Below, in pieces: positions 1-11,076 of a DNA stretch of 64,000 nucleotides. Position numbers and translations under genes: made by a program. The notes below the pieces were generated by a model. The model worked only from the letters and a program-made list of their open reading frames with translations, was not told the origin of the DNA and did no database searches. Position 1 is the first letter of the stretch; every line of letters starts with the position of its first letter. The stretch is from a virus. The stretch lies in IMG/VR virus record IMGVR_UViG_3300029825_000001, positions 69,558 through 133,557 of that record. One strand, 5' to 3'.

Positions 1-165
1 AATCAAATACTGTACAATTTCTTCTGGCAGTTCTTTAATATCTACATAAGTTCCTTTACTTCCTGCCCATTCATATGTTCTCAAAAATCCATCAGATGTA
101 GAATAATTTACTGTAAATGGATAATTTCTGTATCTTGCCAATTTAATCATTTTTTGTTTTGCCAT
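1..165 (-). CDS. Virion morphogenesis-region protein, truncated by window edge
   Basis: ATG at 165 with RBS (AAGGAG on minus); open frame MAKQKMIKLARYRNYPFTVNY... runs off the window; downstream of capsid gene. Confidence 0.6.
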   Translation of the reverse strand, partial: MAKQKMIKLARYRNYPFTVNYSTSDGFLRTYEWAGSKGTYVDIKELPEEIVQYLI

Positions 166-186
166 TATTTAATCTCCTTCATAATT

Positions 187-441
187 TTACCTATATTTAT
201 TCAATTCATATCTCATAATTGTGATTGCATGAACGAAACTTTTTAAATTCACACTCACTGTTTTATTAATAAAATCTGTTAATAATTGATTTAATTTTTC
301 ATCATCATTGTTTTCAAAGATAAAATAAACTGTATTAATTCCATTAAATTCAGAATCAATTAATTTAAAACCATTGACATACAATAATGCAGACAAATAA
401 AAATCCTTTGTTTTGTATGTCTTCATATTTTTCTGCTCCAA
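187..441 (-). CDS. Small DUF5659-like protein
   Basis: 84 aa; pattern KTKDFYLSALL..NGFKL....VYFIFE resembles this phage family (by eye). Confidence 0.45.
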   Translation of the reverse strand: MEQKNMKTYKTKDFYLSALLYVNGFKLIDSEFNGINTVYFIFENNDDEKLNQLLTDFINKTVSVNLKSFVHAITIMRYELNKYR

Positions 442-448
442 TTAATAA

Positions 449-478
449 TTAAGAGGATAGAAAGTACTACCCTCTTAA
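449..478 (-). terminator. Hairpin after major capsid gene
   Basis: TTAAGAGGATAG / CTACCCTCTTAA inverted repeat; U-tract weak. Confidence 0.4.
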
Positions 479-494
479 TATTTTTATATATTGA

Positions 495-1538
495 CTATAA
501 GCTTACCTTAGAAGTATCAGATTCTTTAATGTATCCAATTGCTTCTCCGTAGATAAGTTCTACAGATGCATCCTGTTTAATAATCATCTTAATTCTTTCA
601 TCTTCAGGATTCTGTTCTGTATACTGTCTCATTCCACCATACTCTACAATAATAAATGGTTTTGCACCAACAGCAGAACTGAACATATAACCTTCATTTA
701 CTGGAAGTTCAGTAGCAGAATTTGTTTCATCTGTAAATGGATTAATTAGGTTTACAGCAGTTGTTCTACCAATCTGAGTAATATTTAATGCATTTAGGAA
801 TTCATCCTTTGTTTTATCACTATAAAGAGTAGAACCTACAGCAGTAGTCTGTTGATTAGCAAAATAATCAATTAATAATGTATCAGCTATGAATACAGGT
901 TTACCACCCATTCCTACTCTTGCAATAGTAGATGCAACTTTATTGAAATTTGCTAAAGTTACACCAGAAGCAGATTTTACATTGTTTGTAGGAATCTTAC
1001 CAGCAGTAATAGCAGACTGAATTAACTTCTGAACCTGTGCAATGTAAAGTCTTACTTTAGCTTCAGCAACATCATCGACTAGCTTTCTAAAGTTTGTTAC
1101 AGAATCAGTCACCATATCCATTGGTTCATAATAGAAACCAGTCTGGAATGTCTGAGGAATTGCAACAGATTTTTCGCCAGAACTTACTCTTGTAAGGTCA
1201 ACACCAGTACCAGTTGCAGACCATTTGAACTTAGCCTTAGTCTTTCTAGGAATTACATATGAATATACATCATTACCAGTCTGACTTGCCATAGTAGCAA
1301 ATAAAGGTAATAACTGAGTTTCTTTAGCTTTTGCAATAGCATCTGCCTGTTTTACTACAATATTGTTAAACTGATGTAATGCAGATGGGTCAGCAGATTC
1401 ACTACCATCACCAAAAACCTTCTGACAATAAGCCTTAATATCAGCTTCGTCAGAAATTTTATTCTGTTCATCTGTAATCATAGTGTTGTTATATACTCTT
1501 GAGCATAGAGCTTCAAGTTTCTTTAAATCGTATGCCAT
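495..1538 (-). CDS. Major capsid protein
   Basis: 347 aa; follows portal, protease/scaffold and decoration genes in SPbeta-like order; HK97-like segments (YYEPMD, VFIAD..LIDYF). Confidence 0.8.
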   Translation of the reverse strand: MAYDLKKLEALCSRVYNNTMITDEQNKISDEADIKAYCQKVFGDGSESADPSALHQFNNIVVKQADAIAKAKETQLLPLFATMASQTGNDVYSYVIPRKTKAKFKWSATGTGVDLTRVSSGEKSVAIPQTFQTGFYYEPMDMVTDSVTNFRKLVDDVAEAKVRLYIAQVQKLIQSAITAGKIPTNNVKSASGVTLANFNKVASTIARVGMGGKPVFIADTLLIDYFANQQTTAVGSTLYSDKTKDEFLNALNITQIGRTTAVNLINPFTDETNSATELPVNEGYMFSSAVGAKPFIIVEYGGMRQYTEQNPEDERIKMIIKQDASVELIYGEAIGYIKESDTSKVSL

Positions 1539-1606
1539 AATTTATTTTCTCCTTTTTATGTATATAATTATTTTAAAAATTTTTATATTTAGTTTATAAA
1601 ATTAGA

Positions 1607-2137
1607 TTAAGCTAAATTTAATTCTAATCTAATTACTGGATATCCTTCGATTGAAGTACAATCAACATCAACAACTGTAAACTTATTTACTGAAGTTGCG
1701 TAGTCAGCATGAGCTGAAGCTGAATCAGAAATGATAAACTTCTTAGTAGTTACATCAAAGTGAGCAACCATACCATTCTTTAAAGTTGTAACTCCTGCAT
1801 TCTTTGTAAATGACGATGTTTCAAATCTAACAATCCTGTTAAATAATACGCATCTTACTGGTTCACCTACTGCATTGTAGCAATCACATAACTGTTCACC
1901 ATCAATAAATCTTCTTTCTACACCAGCAACTAAAACTGCTTTATGTGTTTTATCTGCTAACTGTGTAACTGTTCTGTTACCATCTGCATCAAAACCTAAT
2001 TCCCCAAGGGTAAAGTTGTCTATATCTGCTCCTGCTACAATTGCACCATTAGGTAATACATCAATACTAAACGTATTTACATTACCTACACCATGAGTAC
2101 CCTTAGTCTTATAAAAATCCATTCCTCTACTTGCCAT
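1607..2137 (-). CDS. Capsid decoration / head-associated protein
   Basis: 176 aa beta-rich protein between scaffold and capsid genes; call by synteny. Confidence 0.5.
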   Translation of the reverse strand: MASRGMDFYKTKGTHGVGNVNTFSIDVLPNGAIVAGADIDNFTLGELGFDADGNRTVTQLADKTHKAVLVAGVERRFIDGEQLCDCYNAVGEPVRCVLFNRIVRFETSSFTKNAGVTTLKNGMVAHFDVTTKKFIISDSASAHADYATSVNKFTVVDVDCTSIEGYPVIRLELNLA

Positions 2138-2186
2138 AATAAATTTCTCCTTTACTTATTAAATAATTTTTTATTTGTTCTGTAAG

Positions 2187-3719
2187 TTAATCTTTATATC
2201 TACTATCAAAATCAGTAGAAATAGGAATTAACTTTTCATTTTTACTTGAAAGTTGTTTAACTTCAAATGGTTCTTCAACCTTCAATTGAACTAAATCAAC
2301 TAACTTGCTATTTAAAGAAAGAATTGCATCCTTACCTTCTTCACTTGAATTAATAGACTTCTGTAATAATTCCTGCACTTCTTCAGTGTTATATGTATCT
2401 AATCCATTAACTGCTTTAAATTTTGCTTCATAATATTCTTTCTTTTCGTTTAAAGCTTTTTCAACTGATTCTGCATTAAACTGTTCTACAATAGGTTTCA
2501 TTTCTTCAACCTGAGAATTTAAAGATGTGATTGTTTCAGTTGCAGAATTAAATTGAGTAGTTAAAGTTTCTTTTTCTGAATTTAAAGAAGTAATAGTTTC
2601 ATTAGCTACTGTTAATTCTCCATCTTTTTCATTAAGCTGTTCAGTCAAGGTATCAATTTCAACTTGCTTTTCATTTAAAGAATTTTGCATTACTTCGGTT
2701 TCAACCCAAATAACATCACGTTCTACCTTAGTCTTTTCACCTAAATTAATTGAAATATCTGTTTCAGTTTTTGTATAAGTCACCTTATAATAAACATACT
2801 TGCTTTCTTCGTATGTTTCATAAACAAAATATGTATCAAAAATATTCCAATTTGAAACATAAACATTATAAAATTCATCTGCTGTCATTGTCTTAGATAA
2901 AGTAGTCATAATTTTTTCTCTTATATCACCAAAAGACAATTCACATAATTGTTTATAAAATAAATTTTCTTCCACTAAATTTTCCTCCTTTTGTGAGTTA
3001 TTGTTTTTATTTATATCAATTTCCTTATTTTCATTTAAGGAACTTTGATTTAATATTGCTTGAGAAATTGCTTTTTCCCACTTTTGATTAAAAGATACTA
3101 ATTGAGATGAATTATAAGCTGGAGAAACTATTCCTGTTCCATTTTCGCCTGAATTCAAAATTACATGCCCTGTAAAAATAAGGGGACTTTGAATATACTG
3201 AATTCCATCTTTAACTTCATAATTTCTATAAAGATATTCACATGAACTTTTCAGTGGAATTCCTGCATCCCACATTTCTTGAATTAATGCAACGATATCA
3301 GGATTTTTGTCATTCCAAATAAAAAAATCTGCTAATAGTGCAGACTTTTCATTTCCATTTTCATCTATAATAGTTCCAATATACCCACCAGTTTCATTTG
3401 TTGTACCTATAGCAATTGTATTTGTTGCTATAATATCATTTCCATTCCTGTCTTTTGTAATATATTCTCCATGTGTACCAAAGTGGTCATTTTTTTCATT
3501 ATAATCAGTAGTTTTAAAGTATTGACACATCAGTGGTTTTAGTCGTAATGTTGGAGATGCTTCAATTGCTAATTCTTCACTAACAATTTGTTTATTACCA
3601 CTAACATCGAAGTCAAGTATCACGAATTGTAAACGTGTGAGCGTGGGGTCATCTTCTACAGAAGAAATTGCATTAAGTTGTAAACTGCATAGTCCTTTTA
3701 AATCTTCCACATTAATCAA
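2187..3719 (-). CDS. Prohead protease-scaffold fusion
   Basis: N-terminal protease-like domain (IAIGT...SSCEY...FTGHVIL) plus long C-terminal coiled coil; between portal and capsid. Confidence 0.65.
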   Translation of the reverse strand: MINVEDLKGLCSLQLNAISSVEDDPTLTRLQFVILDFDVSGNKQIVSEELAIEASPTLRLKPLMCQYFKTTDYNEKNDHFGTHGEYITKDRNGNDIIATNTIAIGTTNETGGYIGTIIDENGNEKSALLADFFIWNDKNPDIVALIQEMWDAGIPLKSSCEYLYRNYEVKDGIQYIQSPLIFTGHVILNSGENGTGIVSPAYNSSQLVSFNQKWEKAISQAILNQSSLNENKEIDINKNNNSQKEENLVEENLFYKQLCELSFGDIREKIMTTLSKTMTADEFYNVYVSNWNIFDTYFVYETYEESKYVYYKVTYTKTETDISINLGEKTKVERDVIWVETEVMQNSLNEKQVEIDTLTEQLNEKDGELTVANETITSLNSEKETLTTQFNSATETITSLNSQVEEMKPIVEQFNAESVEKALNEKKEYYEAKFKAVNGLDTYNTEEVQELLQKSINSSEEGKDAILSLNSKLVDLVQLKVEEPFEVKQLSSKNEKLIPISTDFDSRYKD

Positions 3720-3885
3720 CCCCTTTCTTTATTAAATTCATCTATAAACCATTGCTTTATTTCATCTATACTCATATTTTCAAACCCATTAATAGGCTTT
3801 ACAAGCTTAGTACCAGAATAAGTAATGATTACATTTTTATCATTTTTAATTACCAATAAATCTTCTTTTTTCAATATAATCACTC

Positions 3886-5400
3886 CTATTCTGGTAAGTC
3901 ATTTCCATCATTAGTTTTACTAATTACGGAATTTTCATTGTCGGGGTTATCATCTTTCGGTTTTCCATTTTTATTATCACCTGTAGTTGTGTAAGTAGAT
4001 TGATATGGTTTAATTTTTTCTGGTAATTTCATTTCTTCTAATTCATATAAAGATTCCTTTATAAATTCGTCAAAATTTACACCACTTAATGAATCTACAA
4101 TAGGTTTAACCGCAAAACCTTCAGCATGAAGTTTAAATAAAAATTCAAGCTTTTCTTTCTGAGTAATTGGAGTTTCTTTATCATAAATTAAATGGTAATC
4201 ATCTGCCACAGAAGCAGGTAATATAATATTGAATAACTTTTGATAAACTTCTGTTTCAATATCTTCAAGAACTACACCTATCTTTTTATAAAGCATATCT
4301 AAATTAATTTTTGCAGAAGCAAAATTAGAGCCTGTACCATTAGAAAGTGAAGCAGAAGTACCATAAGCATATGTAATATCATTATTAGTCGAATCAAATT
4401 TAGCAGGTTCTAATGCATCTGATTTCATATCAGGAAATTTTAAATCTACAAATTCAGGCACACCAACCACAGTAATTCCTTGCGACTCACTTTTCTCTAA
4501 AGCATTTTTAACATTAGTAAAAATCTTTTTCTTTATAGCTTTACCTAATTTTAAATTCCCATATTTATCAGGGTCTTTTGAATTACCAATAGTTAAAACT
4601 GCTATTGCTGATATAATTTTATTTGCTATAGCTTTTTCTAAATCCTTCAACTTTTTCTTATGCTTTATATCAAATAAACCTGTAGTACTCCAATTAATAC
4701 CAAAAGCTTGTGAAAAATGTAGTGTATGAGTTCTTAAACACACACTTCTGTCTTGTGGTAAATCTACATATTTATATTTCACTGTGTCTTTCTGATAATT
4801 GTCATAATCTTCTTGTGTTATATAAGGATACAAATTTTTAAATAATATAGCTCTTACATCGCTAGATAGTGAACTAATATATGACATATCAACACTAACT
4901 ACCCATTTACCAAATAATCTATATCTTGGTATAAAATACCGTACATCATCAAATATATATAAATATGGATTTTTAGCATCACCAATCCAAATTCCAGTTA
5001 ATGTGCCAACAGAAATTAATTGGCTAATTAGGTCTCTTGTTAATTGTTTATGTCCTACTTTATTTAAAGCTTTATTACACTTTGCCAAATTCTTTTCATA
5101 ATTTTTTGTTTTTTCTAATACATCAATTTTGTAGTTAAGAGTAGGCAAAACTTTTGCCAAGTCAAATAATTGAAATACTTCACCATTGCTTATATAGTTA
5201 TACATTGCATAGTTTGATAATTCGAGTATATAATTATCTGGACTACTTAAATATGTTTGTAATTGTTCTGCGGAAATATCTTTTAAAATATCTTGCATAT
5301 ACATTTTAGAAAGAAAACCTTCAACAAAAGCTTCACCCATTGCATTATATTGTCTTTCTGTTTCAGGGTCTAAAGTTTTTCTCATTACATTAAAAGCCAA
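3886..5400 (-). CDS. Portal protein
   Basis: 504 aa directly downstream of terminase large subunit; acidic low-complexity C-terminus. Confidence 0.75.
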   Translation of the reverse strand: MAFNVMRKTLDPETERQYNAMGEAFVEGFLSKMYMQDILKDISAEQLQTYLSSPDNYILELSNYAMYNYISNGEVFQLFDLAKVLPTLNYKIDVLEKTKNYEKNLAKCNKALNKVGHKQLTRDLISQLISVGTLTGIWIGDAKNPYLYIFDDVRYFIPRYRLFGKWVVSVDMSYISSLSSDVRAILFKNLYPYITQEDYDNYQKDTVKYKYVDLPQDRSVCLRTHTLHFSQAFGINWSTTGLFDIKHKKKLKDLEKAIANKIISAIAVLTIGNSKDPDKYGNLKLGKAIKKKIFTNVKNALEKSESQGITVVGVPEFVDLKFPDMKSDALEPAKFDSTNNDITYAYGTSASLSNGTGSNFASAKINLDMLYKKIGVVLEDIETEVYQKLFNIILPASVADDYHLIYDKETPITQKEKLEFLFKLHAEGFAVKPIVDSLSGVNFDEFIKESLYELEEMKLPEKIKPYQSTYTTTGDNKNGKPKDDNPDNENSVISKTNDGNDLPE

Positions 5401-5453
5401 ATATCATTCACCTCACTTTCTTTATTATTTTGTTATATTTTTTATTTATTGTA

Positions 5454-7190
5454 CTATACATAGATTAATTCATCATCTTCGTCATATTCATTATCCATAT
5501 TTTTTCTGTTATATTCTTCCATTTCGTTGACTACATTTAAACCATAAGCTAAACTTGTAGCTCTATCTCTTTTTTGGGTTTTTACAATTCTTTCATAAAC
5601 AATATTGTTATGTCCTGTAGTATCTTGTTTAATGTTACTTAATTCTTGAATTAACAAATCTGTTTGAATAAAATTGTAATATTGGTCAAGAGTGATTTCA
5701 TTATTTTTATATACAGAATCCATTTCTTCAGATGGTGATAGCAATCTCAAAGTACCATTCTCAAAACAAGACTTCATATATGTATACATAGTATTATTTA
5801 AATTATTAGTAGATGCGATTCCTCTAATTAAAGGTATAGCCCCTTTTATATTTTTACCTTTTTCATCATCATCTAAAACTAAAGGTGGATATTCTATTAC
5901 TTGTTTAGTTTTTTCATCTGTATATTCCCAAGTTTCATAAAATAAAGAAGGTAATGGTTCGCCATTACCTCTAATATCTATTACTAATTTAATGGTGTTT
6001 GGAAACTTAATATGAACTAATTCTCTCAAATATTTCATTTGGTCTGGCAATGTCATACCATTGTGAGTTTTTGTATAAATTACTTCTTTAATATACATGC
6101 CATTTGTTTTAGGTTTTAATTTAATTACATGTGTGCAAGCATTATCTGAATTATTTTTAGAGCTAATTGCTACATCATGTACAATAATATATTCAGAATT
6201 TGATTTCTTTGGCTGTTCTAACTCACATTTTTCTAATATTCTACTAGGGTTTGTTAATTCGTAAGGATAATAACTTTCACCATTAGACCCTACAAATATT
6301 GCATTATACTCATAATCAAATTTATCCTTATTCATTGTAGGTTTTTCAAGTTCTTTAACAATATCTTCTTCTTCAAACATTCCTGCTTTTACTCCAACTT
6401 GATATGGAAGAGTACATGCATAATAGTCTTTAGAGCCAGTAATCATTTTATCATAATGAAATTTAAATCTTTTATATAAATCACTTGTCTTTAAATACGC
6501 TGAAGAAATAAATATAACCTTACCCTTTTCAGGTTTATTATGATATATAGCAGATTGTCTCTTTGTTTTAGTCATTGGAATTAAAATTTCTTCTATAATA
6601 TCAGTTTTAACCAGCCGAGCTTCATCTATGAGTATCATATTGAAACGCCAACTTCTAGCTCCTTCCCCACCTTGATTTTGTGCTAATGAAATTGCTCTGA
6701 TTTCAGAACCATTTTTAAAATTAACAACACAATCATCTGCTCCAGTCTTAATAGGAAAAGATATTTCTCTAGCTACATTCTCATTTTTAGCTAATTCACC
6801 TTTAATTTTTTGTATAATTACATTACGACTCTGTTGCCCCTGACCACTAGAAATACCTAATTTGATATTAGGATATAAAATTGCAACACATATAAAAAAT
6901 ACAGCAGTTAAGTATGATTTTCCTAATCCTCTACAAGCGATAAACATAGATGTTTGATATCTTGCCATTGCTCTTAAAATTAATCGTTGGAAAGGATATA
7001 ATTTTAATCCTAAGATATCACATGCAAATTCGTCTATATAATATCTATAATATGATATAAATTTTACCCATTCGTCTATATCAATTTTTTCTTCATTTAC
7101 TGGGTCATAACTTAAATTACTATCAAAATCATCATTTTTACCTTCTTTTATTACTCTACTTTTCTTACTAAAATTATTATGAGAAGCCAT
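5454..7190 (-). CDS. terL: Terminase large subunit
   Basis: Walker A ACRGLGKS, Walker B ILIDEAR, coupling motif ISSA, nuclease acidic residues VHDVA and KRDRATSLAY. Confidence 0.92.
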   Translation of the reverse strand: MASHNNFSKKSRVIKEGKNDDFDSNLSYDPVNEEKIDIDEWVKFISYYRYYIDEFACDILGLKLYPFQRLILRAMARYQTSMFIACRGLGKSYLTAVFFICVAILYPNIKLGISSGQGQQSRNVIIQKIKGELAKNENVAREISFPIKTGADDCVVNFKNGSEIRAISLAQNQGGEGARSWRFNMILIDEARLVKTDIIEEILIPMTKTKRQSAIYHNKPEKGKVIFISSAYLKTSDLYKRFKFHYDKMITGSKDYYACTLPYQVGVKAGMFEEEDIVKELEKPTMNKDKFDYEYNAIFVGSNGESYYPYELTNPSRILEKCELEQPKKSNSEYIIVHDVAISSKNNSDNACTHVIKLKPKTNGMYIKEVIYTKTHNGMTLPDQMKYLRELVHIKFPNTIKLVIDIRGNGEPLPSLFYETWEYTDEKTKQVIEYPPLVLDDDEKGKNIKGAIPLIRGIASTNNLNNTMYTYMKSCFENGTLRLLSPSEEMDSVYKNNEITLDQYYNFIQTDLLIQELSNIKQDTTGHNNIVYERIVKTQKRDRATSLAYGLNVVNEMEEYNRKNMDNEYDEDDELIYV

Positions 7191-7205
7191 CTTATCACAT
7201 CCTAA

Positions 7206-8033
7206 CTAAACAGATTTTTTTATAGTAGAAAAGGCTTCTAATAAAATATCATAATCATCTTTTTCTAATGGAATATGAGTTGGTATCCATTGTTTTTTTT
7301 CAACTTTATCAAAAATCACCCCAAAGCAACCCAACGAAACATCATTAATACCTCTTTGACTTTCACTAAATTGAGCAGATTTAGATAATTTATCAAATGT
7401 TTCTTGCAAATCTTTATATTTTTTATCTGCTCCTGTTACCCCATTTGACATATCTTGGAATGCTTTGTTTACAGCTAAACTTGCTTGACAAATTTTTTTC
7501 GCATAATCTTTATGGTTTGTAGTAACTATTTTAAAATCATTTTTAAGTCCATTAAAATAATCATCTAAATAATCTATTTCATATTGCGTATAAAAACCAT
7601 GCCATTCTTTTGAATATATTTTTTTTGAGTCTTCGTAATTTAACTGGTCTATATCTTTATTTAATTCATTATTACAATTAACTTCATTATCTATCTGAGG
7701 TTGGAATATGGAATTACTCCATGTCTTATCTTTAAATTCATTAATCCCTGAGTTAGCCATTCTGATATAATCTCCAAACGGATTATTTGGTTTCTTTTCC
7801 AAACTTCTTTTCCAAGAATCATAGAAAAATGGAAGGTCTAACGATTTTAAAACATCATATATAGTTTGAATATTATTAATATCTATTTTCTTTTTAATAC
7901 ATGTTTTACATATTTGTGCCTTACCATCTGAACCACATAATATATTTTTTGTATTATAGTAGTTATCCAATGTAAGTGACCTATGACACTCTGCACATTC
8001 TTTTTTTGTTTGATTTTTTACTGTTTTTGCCAT
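7206..8033 (-). CDS. Putative terminase small subunit with N-terminal Zn finger
   Basis: CxxC...CxxC then helical domain; immediately upstream of terL as in SPbeta-like phages. Confidence 0.55.
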   Translation of the reverse strand: MAKTVKNQTKKECAECHRSLTLDNYYNTKNILCGSDGKAQICKTCIKKKIDINNIQTIYDVLKSLDLPFFYDSWKRSLEKKPNNPFGDYIRMANSGINEFKDKTWSNSIFQPQIDNEVNCNNELNKDIDQLNYEDSKKIYSKEWHGFYTQYEIDYLDDYFNGLKNDFKIVTTNHKDYAKKICQASLAVNKAFQDMSNGVTGADKKYKDLQETFDKLSKSAQFSESQRGINDVSLGCFGVIFDKVEKKQWIPTHIPLEKDDYDILLEAFSTIKKSV

Positions 8034-8077
8034 TATTCCATCACATCCTTTTATCCAAATTAAAAGAAGTTAGTATT

Positions 8078-9195
8078 TCAGCTAACCTCTTTTAAATCTT
8101 CTTCTTTTATTCTTCTTAATTTACCAAAATCATAATACTTCTCATATTGACTACAAATAACTTTGGAATTATCAATATCAAATTTAATCCATGTATGTCC
8201 TGAATTTATATATTCTTTTGCGTAATTTAACATTTCTAATAAAACTTCATCGGATGGTAATTTGTCATTTAGTGAAATAATTCTTACCTCTTTCCATCCC
8301 TTACTTAATAAAAAATATTTTCTTCGCTTTTCTTTATTGTTAAATTCATCTTGAGTTAAATCACCCATTTTTACAGATAACGCATGACCACTTCCGTCAT
8401 ACTCACAAAAAATTTTATCTTTAGGAAAAGCGATATCCAAACAACAATTATCAATTGGATAGTTGAGTTCACCATTGAATAAATTCCCTAGATAATCCTG
8501 TTGTCTGCTACTTTGACCAGTTTTATTTCGTCTATTTTCATTGGATGACAACCATATGTATTATTATTAAATTCAATAATCTTTTGTTTTACTTCCTCTG
8601 ACTGAAACGCATTATCTACACCATATTTCTCTTGACAAGTATTTTTATATCTTTCTTTATATTCATCGGTTTGAGAATATAACATGCCATATTTATCAAT
8701 TTGAGTATTTTTAATCTTATCTATAAACTGTGGCACTTTACTTGCATTATCATATCCATATTTATCTAGGCATGTTTTTATATAACATTGTTTATATTCG
8801 TCTGTTTGAGTATAAAATTCAACTCCATATTTATCTAAATTTGTTTCAATAATTTTATCTTTTATTTCGTCTCTCTCAAATTGATTTGAAACTCCATAAA
8901 TTTCTTGATTACTTTCAGAGCATTTTTTATACCAATGTTTCTTACAACAATCTTTATGTATAATTCCATTTTCTTGTGATTCATTATATTTCTGCCATGT
9001 TTTAGTAATTTTAGTTTCTATTCCTTCTTCCAAACAATAATCACATAATATGTCAACTTTTGCATGTGAATTATCAGTTAAATGTTCTACAGGAACAATA
9101 AAACGACCTCTCCACTCATATTTATAACCTAATTCTTCATAATGTTTTTGAGTTGTTGGACTCCATCCAATTTCTACTTCTTTTGTTAATAGCAT
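8078..9195 (-). pseudogene. Frameshifted homing-endonuclease-like gene (Zn ribbon, KYG repeats, C-terminal PD-(D/E)xK very-short-patch domain)
   Basis: ORF 8488-9195 (CDYC, CCKKH, repeated KYG helices) overlaps ORF 8078-8551 (LDIAFPKDKIFCEYDGSGH) in another frame; junction near 8520-8530. Confidence 0.7.
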
Positions 9196-9465
9196 ATTTA
9201 GCCCATCCTTTTATAATTCCTACCCTAAATTAAATAAAAGAAGGCTGTGTGGATAGGTTACACAAGTGAGCCAATTACCTCTCACTCTGCCTTCTTTTCT
9301 GTACTATATTTAAAGCACAATAAAACCCACGCAATAACCAAAATTATTCAACGTGAGTTCAATCTACTTTAAATTATCATTTACTTTTGTAATAATTTTA
9401 TATTTATTTCGCTTAAAAATAAATAAATCTTAATTACACCGTATAAAATTCATCTTTTAAATGCT

Positions 9466-10053
9466 CTATGGCAGTAATCCACCATCAAAGTTACCAATAA
9501 AATTTTCCATCTTTAATCTACATTCATCAAATCCAATAGCTTTACCTATGGTAAAAATATCTGCAACAAACTGAATTGCACAATCAGGACAGAAATCTCT
9601 ATTAAGTAATTCTTCAGCTTTATCCATAATGAATTTTACTTCTACATCCATATCTTCGTCATCTTCACAATTGCAATATTCATATTCATCACAGTCAATT
9701 AATTCGCAAAACATTTTATCGCCAATTAATCTTTCTCTAGCAACTTGGCTATCAATATCTGTAAAAATGAAATAATCACATTCACCTATATTATGCATTT
9801 TATATGTATCATTTCTACACTTAGCAGATTCAATAGAAAAATCGCATTCATTACCAAACCAAGCTACAGAAATATAGTATTCATTACAATCTGTTTCTTC
9901 CTTAGTATCAACTAATCCATAATTTTCATATAAATGCTCTGCCAATTCTTCTTTTAATTCTGCATCACATACTACTACAAAGCTTTCTTCGTCTTCTAAA
10001 TGTCTACTAACAATATCCATTAATTCACAGAAACATATTTTATTTCTTATCAT
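9466..10053 (-). CDS. Acidic Cys-rich hypothetical protein
   Basis: 195 aa ORF with RBS, co-oriented with late operon. Confidence 0.6.
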   Translation of the reverse strand: MIRNKICFCELMDIVSRHLEDEESFVVVCDAELKEELAEHLYENYGLVDTKEETDCNEYYISVAWFGNECDFSIESAKCRNDTYKMHNIGECDYFIFTDIDSQVARERLIGDKMFCELIDCDEYEYCNCEDDEDMDVEVKFIMDKAEELLNRDFCPDCAIQFVADIFTIGKAIGFDECRLKMENFIGNFDGGLLP

Positions 10054-10062
10054 ATTTTCTCC

Positions 10063-10410
10063 TTATAATCTACCATTTTCATCAATATCATTCTTAACTT
10101 TTACTGATTCAATAGTTGCTTGTTTATTAATTTCGGCAATATCTCTATTATTTTCTACAGCAATAAGAGTTAAAATTAATTCATTAGTACTTTGAGCTGA
10201 CATACCATTTCCTGTCAAAGCACTATATATTCCAGCATATTTCATTCCAATTTCAACACCTTTATGAAATTCGTCTGAATCTGAATATAATTGTTCATCT
10301 ATCAATATAGGAGTTTCAAAATATGTATCGTTAGTAGAAATACAAGATGATAATTCTTCGTTATCTAGTTCCTCGCTAATTTCCTGTTCAATATTTTTAT
10401 TTTCTTCCAT
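10063..10410 (-). CDS. Hypothetical protein
   Basis: 115 aa ORF with AAGGA RBS. Confidence 0.6.
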   Translation of the reverse strand: MEENKNIEQEISEELDNEELSSCISTNDTYFETPILIDEQLYSDSDEFHKGVEIGMKYAGIYSALTGNGMSAQSTNELILTLIAVENNRDIAEINKQATIESVKVKNDIDENGRL

Positions 10411-10429
10411 AATTAAATCCTTTTCTTTC

Positions 10430-11005
10430 CTAGATTATTTCGTCAATAACGCCAAGAGATAAAGCTTCTTTCGGACTCATCCACCAATCAAACTTACGCC
10501 TTTTAATATCTTCTAATTGTTCGTCTGTAATCTTTGTATGATTAATTATTAAATCCTTCATAATATTCCAAGTCTTTTGAGTTTGTTCAACTTCTTCTTC
10601 CATATCCTGAAGCATACCCCACGTTGAACTTGACGGCTGGTGGCACATTATTTCCGAATACCTTAAAGATTTACGATTACTACCAACTAACAATATCATA
10701 AATCCCATTGATGCACTTAATGAATGAACTGTTGTGTTAATGTTGTATCCTTGTTCTTGCAGAGATAACATTTTTGAAATCAAAGCTAGACCATTCATAC
10801 AATATCCACCTTCACAGTCTAAAACAATTTCAATATCTTCTTTTGTTTGTTTCTTATTATCTAACGAAACAAGTCTGTCTAATATATGAATAATTTTACA
10901 AACACTTTCTCTTGTAACCATTTCATTAAAATAGATTCGTCTATCTCTTAAAGCACTTGTTACAAAAATTTCATCAAGTAAACTATCCTTCTGAATTAGT
11001 TCCAT
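10430..11005 (-). CDS. clpP: ClpP-like protease
   Basis: DCEGG, SASMG (Ser), MCHQP (His), FDWWMSPKEALSLGVIDEI. Confidence 0.88.
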   Translation of the reverse strand: MELIQKDSLLDEIFVTSALRDRRIYFNEMVTRESVCKIIHILDRLVSLDNKKQTKEDIEIVLDCEGGYCMNGLALISKMLSLQEQGYNINTTVHSLSASMGFMILLVGSNRKSLRYSEIMCHQPSSSTWGMLQDMEEEVEQTQKTWNIMKDLIINHTKITDEQLEDIKRRKFDWWMSPKEALSLGVIDEII

Positions 11006-11076
11006 ATTTCACACTCTATGCCTTTCTAAAGTGTTATGTATATTTATATTTATACATTTTGTAATATTTTTTATAT

